From contig OY969811.1 of the NCBI GenBank assembly GCA_963703315.1, forward strand, positions 4,192,001-4,256,000: a stretch of DNA of 64,000 nucleotides, written 5' to 3'. The position numbers and the translations under genes were made by a program. The notes under the pieces were generated by a model. It saw nothing but the letters and a program-made list of their open reading frames with translations. It was not told the origin of the DNA and made no database searches. This DNA is from an uncultured cyanobacterium. Its GTDB lineage: Bacteria; Cyanobacteriota; Cyanobacteriia; Pseudanabaenales; Pseudanabaenaceae. Positions 59,287 to 64,000 of this stretch are shown here, piece by piece; the stretch's first letter is position 1, and every line of letters begins with the position of its first letter.

Positions 59287-59668
59287 CTGAATAATTTCCC
59301 TTTACAACGAACTTTAGAAGGATCGACAATGATATTAAGCTACTAGGTTTTTGAAAGCAGAGTAAGTTATTACTTTTAACAGAAGTTTATGCTTAATTCC
59401 AGAGTTAAAAAAGTTAGTAGTAACTAACCGCTAGTCTAGGAATTTTTTTAATTCTCAAAAACTTTGAGAATTACTAGTCGAATACCGTGAATTGAGATAT
59501 ATAAATTTTTTATTCAATTATTATACAAATATTATACAAGAGTAGTTATGTACCTACGGTTATACAACTATATCTAGCGTTTGTTAAGTCAATCCGATTA
59601 GATTTATTGTCATTTAGGTCATTATTCGGAAATTACACGCCTAAAATACCTGTATTAACGAGTCATTA

Positions 59669-61120
59669 ATGCCAATGTCAGAAATATTTCGAGAATGGAC
59701 AGCAATTCAACAGAAATTTCAGCAGATTTGGGGATATGAAGATTTACGTCCGTCTCAGCGTGAGGTCGTGACCAGCTTATTGCAAGGACAAGATAGTTTG
59801 GCAATTATGGCTACAGGTGGTGGTAAGTCTATTTGTTTTCAGTTGCCCGCAATCCTGAATGAAGGTTTGACCTTGGTAATTTCTCCTTTACTGGCGCTGA
59901 TGGAAGATCAGGTGAGGGACTTACGATCGCGAAATCTTCCTGCCGCTTGTTTGCATAGCAACTTGTCGCAAATAGAACGTCGTGAAGTATTACGAAATTT
60001 ACCAAACACGCGCTTACTGTATATTTCGCCTGAAACCCTCTTGAGCCAGCCTGTCTGGGAAAAACTCAGCGATCGCCAATTAAAAATTACAGGTTTAATG
60101 CTAGATGAAGCGCATTGTTTGGTGCAGTGGGGGGATTCGTTTCGCCCCAGCTATCGGCGGCTAGGGGCAGTGCGATCGGCTTTGATGCAACAAAAGCCTG
60201 ACGATCATCCCAGAATTTCGTTGGCAGCATTTACGGCAACTGCCGATCGCGAAACAACGGCGGAGTTACAGGCTTGCTTGCAAATGCAAAATCCGAAAAT
60301 CGTCAGAACGAGTCCCTATCGTCCCCATCTGAGTCTGAAGGTAGAAATCGCATGGACTCCCGCAGGGCGCAAATCACGAACCCTGAAATTTATTCGCGAT
60401 CGCAAGGGACAGTCTGGCTTAATCTATGTTCGTAGCCGCAACGATGCCGAAACCTTAGCCACTTGGTTACAATCAAATTCTTTTAAAACTGCGGCTTACC
60501 ATGCAGGTTTACCACCCCAAGAGCGTCGTCAGATCGAGCAGCAATGGCTCACTAATCAATATCCCTTTGTGATCTGCACTTCCGCGTTTGGACTCGGCAT
60601 TAATAAGCCCGATACTCGTTGGGTACTGCATTTTCATCCACCCCTAACCCTTTCAGAATATATTCAAGAAATTGGGAGAGCAGGGCGTGACGACAAACCT
60701 GCGGAGGCTTTAATGCTGGTCAGTGAGCCAACGGGGTTACTCGATGATAGCGATCGCCAGAGGGTAAATTTTTTCATGCAGCAACAACAGAAAATCCAAC
60801 AACAGGCTCAGGCACTTTTACCCAAATTGCCGCACCAAGGAAATTTTAATGAGGTGTCAAAATTACATCCTGATGCGGCGATCGCTTTAGGTTTATTGCA
60901 TTGTTCAGGAAATTTGATCTGGCATACGCCTTTTAGCTACGAAATCCGTAACTTGCCCAAAAATCAACTAAAACAATCGACGGAAGATAAACTGGGGGAT
61001 CAAAGAGCGATCGCGCAAATGCAAGCTTATATCCATGTAAAAGGCAATCGTTGGGCTTTTTTACTGGATAACTTTGGATTTGAGCAAGAATCCAAGTTAC
61101 TGCTAAAATCAGAACGCTAA
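59669..61120 (+). CDS. recQ: RecQ-family ATP-dependent DNA helicase (short form)
   Basis: MATGGGKSICFQLPA, DEAHC..QWG.SFRP.Y, TATA, YHAGL, YIQEIGRAGRD. Confidence 0.92.
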   Translation: MPMSEIFREWTAIQQKFQQIWGYEDLRPSQREVVTSLLQGQDSLAIMATGGGKSICFQLPAILNEGLTLVISPLLALMEDQVRDLRSRNLPAACLHSNLSQIERREVLRNLPNTRLLYISPETLLSQPVWEKLSDRQLKITGLMLDEAHCLVQWGDSFRPSYRRLGAVRSALMQQKPDDHPRISLAAFTATADRETTAELQACLQMQNPKIVRTSPYRPHLSLKVEIAWTPAGRKSRTLKFIRDRKGQSGLIYVRSRNDAETLATWLQSNSFKTAAYHAGLPPQERRQIEQQWLTNQYPFVICTSAFGLGINKPDTRWVLHFHPPLTLSEYIQEIGRAGRDDKPAEALMLVSEPTGLLDDSDRQRVNFFMQQQQKIQQQAQALLPKLPHQGNFNEVSKLHPDAAIALGLLHCSGNLIWHTPFSYEIRNLPKNQLKQSTEDKLGDQRAIAQMQAYIHVKGNRWAFLLDNFGFEQESKLLLKSER

Positions 61121-61151
61121 CTTAATTTTTCTTTACAACAGGGAAATATAC

Positions 61152-62228
61152 GTGTCGTCTACGACTATCCATCGGATTAATCTCGAAAACCCGCTTACCG
61201 ATGCCTCTTCTACATCACAAACTGAACTTCCGTTTACTTTTCAAGATGTAAAAAGCGCTATTCCTGCTGAATGTTTTGCTCCGAATGTATGGCGATCGCT
61301 CGCCTATTTTTTTGCGGATACGGCAATAATTGTCGGTCTATATGCTGCTGCTGTCTATATCGATGCATGGTGGTTTTATCCGATTTTTTGGTTCGCAACG
61401 GGGACAATGTTTTGGGCGTTTTTCGTCGTCGGTCATGACTGCGGACATGGTTCTTTCTCCCGCATCAAGTGGCTCAATAACTTGATCGGACATCTCACCC
61501 ACATTCCGATCCTTGTGCCATATCACGGCTGGCGGATCAGTCATCGGACTCACCACCAAAATACAGGCAATATCGACACCGATGAGAGTTGGTATCCTGT
61601 TACTGAAAGTCAGTACAAAGCAATGGATTGGTTGGGGAAATTCATTCGCTTTGATGCTTTGCTACTCGCTTATCCTCTCTATCTATTTAAGCGATCGCCT
61701 GCTCGTACCACAGCTTCCCATTTCATTCCTAATAACGATCTATTTCGTGAATCAGAAACCACTGATATCATCACCAGCACCACTCTTTGGGTAGCAATGG
61801 TAGGTTTTCTAACTTGGTTAGGTTTCAGTTATGGTTTCTTATTTCTATTCAAATTCTATATCGTTCCCTATCTTGTTTTCGTGGTATGGCTTGACCTAGT
61901 TACCTATCTGCACCACAGTGAAGCTGATATTCCTTGGTATCGCGGTAAAGATTGGTACTTCCTTAAGGGAGCGCTCTCTACGATTGATCGTGACTACGGC
62001 ATCTTTAACAATATCCATCACAATATTGGTACTCATGTTGCCCATCACATTTTTATTGGGATTCCTCACTATCATCTCAAAACTGCCACTGAAGCAATCA
62101 AACCAGTCCTAGGGAATTATTATCGAATTTCCCAAGTACCGATTTGGAAGTCTTTCTTCACTTCTCAAAAAGCCTGTCAGTTTGTCCCTGACTCAGGTGG
62201 TCAAGTGTACTACCAAACTCAAGACTAA
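61152..62228 (+). CDS. desB: Omega-3 (delta-15) fatty acid desaturase
   Basis: His boxes HDCGH, HRTHH and HVAHH; LVPYHGWRISH; WLDLVTYLHH. Confidence 0.93.
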   Translation: MSSTTIHRINLENPLTDASSTSQTELPFTFQDVKSAIPAECFAPNVWRSLAYFFADTAIIVGLYAAAVYIDAWWFYPIFWFATGTMFWAFFVVGHDCGHGSFSRIKWLNNLIGHLTHIPILVPYHGWRISHRTHHQNTGNIDTDESWYPVTESQYKAMDWLGKFIRFDALLLAYPLYLFKRSPARTTASHFIPNNDLFRESETTDIITSTTLWVAMVGFLTWLGFSYGFLFLFKFYIVPYLVFVVWLDLVTYLHHSEADIPWYRGKDWYFLKGALSTIDRDYGIFNNIHHNIGTHVAHHIFIGIPHYHLKTATEAIKPVLGNYYRISQVPIWKSFFTSQKACQFVPDSGGQVYYQTQD

Positions 62229-62265
62229 AAAGAGAAGGGATGCTTTGCATCCCTTCTCTTTTTTA
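62226..62265 (+). terminator. Intrinsic terminator after desB
   Basis: AAAAAGAGAAGGGATGC-TTT-GCATCCCTTCTCTTTTT. Confidence 0.75.
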
Positions 62266-62502
62266 TGATTAGGCTTATGCAATTTGTTGATAATTAAGTA
62301 ATCGTCCCGCTTCACATTTTTTGAGTTCATACCTATAATATGTATAGGCGTGCTGAGTATTATTACTTTCTTAGCTTTGTCGTGAAAGCATTAGATTAAA
62401 TCGTGTCCTATCCACATCGCAATATACGCAAACACTTTAATCGCTCTTGATACGCCAAACTTATATTTTCATAAATTAACCCTTAGTGGAGGCAACCCTA
62501 AT

Positions 62503-62784
62503 ATGTCTACCGAAACCATTACTCGTCCCGCAACCATACGCAAAATTGCACCAAGATATCGAGTTTTGTTACATAACGACGACTACAACTCGATGGAATA
62601 TGTCGTCCAAACCTTAATGCAAGTAGTAAATGGTCTTACACAGCCTCAGGCAGTGGATATCATGATGGCGGCTCATGCGAGTGGTTGCGCCTTAGTAATT
62701 ACCTGTGTACAGGAACACGCCGAATTTTATTGTGAAGGTCTACAAAGTAAAGGCTTAACTAGCACGATCGAGCCAGAGGAATGA
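62503..62784 (+). CDS. clpS: ATP-dependent Clp protease adaptor ClpS
   Basis: YRVLLHNDDYNSMEYV, MMAAH..G, EHAEFY. Confidence 0.95.
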   Translation: MSTETITRPATIRKIAPRYRVLLHNDDYNSMEYVVQTLMQVVNGLTQPQAVDIMMAAHASGCALVITCVQEHAEFYCEGLQSKGLTSTIEPEE

Positions 62785-63638
62785 ATTGCGATCGCCTCAA
62801 CTCTTACAAAGCACCAATCCGCATCATCCTTTTTTTGCTGACCTTGCTGGCGATCTGGCTACCGATCGCCGCACCAATGTATCTAATTTGGGGCGAGCCA
62901 GTGGGACTTGCCCTAACAATTTTTCTATACGTTGAATTTTTAGGATTGATCTGGTGGTGGGGCAGGAAGATTGCTAAATATTCCTATCCCTATTGCTATT
63001 ACGGCTTAACATTTACTGCTCAAAACGGACGCAATTTTTTATTTGGATTGGGCTTAGGCGTTACGACCCTAATTATTTTCTTTTGCTTACAAGTGAGTCT
63101 CGGCTGGTTAACTGTGCAAACCGTTGATTGGCAGAACCCATTACCAGCGAGATTATTGCCAATGCTTGGTGTGTATTTTGTCGATTGGCAAGGCGCGATC
63201 GCCCCAGGGCTATTAACCTCAGTTGGCGTGGGATTTGCCGAAGAATTGTTATTTCGGGGTTGGATCTTGTCGGAACTAGAGCGCGATTACTCCAAAAATA
63301 CAGCTTTAATTGCCTGTAGCTTTGTATTTGCAATTTTGCACTTCATTAAGCCCCTGTCCGTGATTCTGGAAACTTGGAGCCAATTTATCGGTTTATTAAT
63401 TCTCAGCATGGCTCTAGGACTAGCAAGGCGAAGATGTGACGGCAGATTGGGCGTGGCGATCGGCTTACATGGGGGCTTGGTGTGGTGTTACTACATTGTG
63501 AATACTACCCATTGGCTCAAACCTTCGGGCGCAGTACCTGAGTGGGTGACAGGCATTAATGGCAATCCGATCGCGGGAATTGTCGGCATTATTTTCTTAA
63601 GTGCGATCGCCCTTGGATTTAGCTATTTCAAGAAGTGA
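62781..63638 (+). CDS. CPBP (CAAX/Abi) family intramembrane metalloprotease
   Basis: AEELLFRG, FAILH, AIGLHGG; ATGA overlap with clpS. Confidence 0.9.
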   Translation: MNCDRLNSYKAPIRIILFLLTLLAIWLPIAAPMYLIWGEPVGLALTIFLYVEFLGLIWWWGRKIAKYSYPYCYYGLTFTAQNGRNFLFGLGLGVTTLIIFFCLQVSLGWLTVQTVDWQNPLPARLLPMLGVYFVDWQGAIAPGLLTSVGVGFAEELLFRGWILSELERDYSKNTALIACSFVFAILHFIKPLSVILETWSQFIGLLILSMALGLARRRCDGRLGVAIGLHGGLVWCYYIVNTTHWLKPSGAVPEWVTGINGNPIAGIVGIIFLSAIALGFSYFKK

Positions 63639-63672
63639 GGTTCTACGCTTGGCGCAGAACCTCACTTCTTGA
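63628..63672. terminator. Hairpin overlapping the CPBP stop
   Basis: TCAAGAAGTGAGGTTCTACGC-TTG-GCGCAGAACCTCACTTCTTGA (one mismatch). Confidence 0.65.
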
Positions 63673-63700
63673 GAGCTTTTGGACTTTTTTAAAATAACTC

Positions 63701-63729
63701 TTGCCAGTAGTGCAATAAGTGTATATGAT
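63701..63729 (+). promoter_or_regulatory. Putative promoter of tRNA-Tyr
   Basis: TTGCCA-17 nt-TATGAT, about 30 nt upstream of the tRNA. Confidence 0.5.
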
Positions 63730-63758
63730 TAGATTCGCTTGGAAAACAACTAAGCAAA

Positions 63759-63840
63759 GGGTCGATGCCCGAGTGGTTAATGGGGGCGGACTGTAAATCC
63801 GCTGGCTACGCCTACGCTGGTTCAAATCCAGCTCGGCCCA
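63759..63840 (+). tRNA. trnY: tRNA-Tyr(GTA)
   Basis: Acceptor stem GGGTCGA/TCGGCCC, anticodon loop CTGTAAA, long variable arm, GGTTCAAATCC T-arm; CCA not encoded. Confidence 0.97.
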
Positions 63841-63943
63841 TCTAAATAAATTAACGGTTGGTATGCTGGTTAATGTTGGTCAATGATCATCGATAACCAT
63901 CTTTACCGCCGTTTTTTTAAGACAAATTTTAAGAATCCAGTTG

Positions 63944-64000
63944 TATAGCTGTAGTCAGTTATGTTAGGACAAAACCAAAACCCAAAAGAGAGTTGCGGCG
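63944..64000. mobile_element. Left half of a TATAGCTGT-family miniature element, cut by the window end
   Basis: TATAGCTGTAGTCAGTTATGTTAGGACAAAACCAAAACCCAAAAGAGAGTTGCGGCG resembles the left arm of 23533-23647. Confidence 0.65.

Noticed and set aside
59287..59668. Possible ncRNA in the long AT-rich intergenic region
   Set aside because: No recognisable structure or terminator; consistent with divergent promoters.
63759..64000. tRNA-Tyr as an integration site
   Set aside because: No integrase and no duplicated tRNA 3' end seen in this window; it cannot be assessed beyond the edge.

Overview
64 kb of cyanobacterial chromosome. Evidence: the HIP1 octamer GCGATCGC is abundant and psbB-psbT, pilMNOQ and desB are present; a Pseudanabaena-like host is an inference. 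The backbone is housekeeping: SUI1/yciH, a complete chemosensory operon (PatA-like regulator, cheW, MCP, cheA, cheB, cheR), phosphoketolase, ackA, sat, csaB, frameshifted prfB, pilMNOQ, alr, a Rubisco-activase-like AAA+ protein, psbB/psbT, glycerate kinase, glnB, a P-type ATPase, mutL, recQ, desB, clpS and tRNA-Tyr. Four small defence-like islets are inserted into this backbone. (1) An NgoPII/HaeIII-like GGCC restriction-modification pair lies between cheB and cheR. (2) A nuclease-NACHT-helical-repeat (NLR/Avs-like) gene plus two toxin-antitoxin pairs, one with a nonsense mutation, lies inside the xfp-ackA cluster. (3) A tight three-gene operon (TIGR04255-like protein, unknown protein, ADP-ribosyltransferase-like protein) resembles a toxin-antitoxin-chaperone system in reverse gene order and is the best candidate for an undescribed system. 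(4) A DUF4160/DUF2442 pair carries a visible operator. Other notable items: a Met-containing repeat lipoprotein next to an MsrPQ-like pair, a 250-bp MITE with TIRs and an 8-bp TSD, a palindromic repeat inserted in frame in mutL, mosaic tandem DUF29 genes and many REP-like hairpins at gene ends. All family assignments come from motif recognition by eye; no database searches were run.
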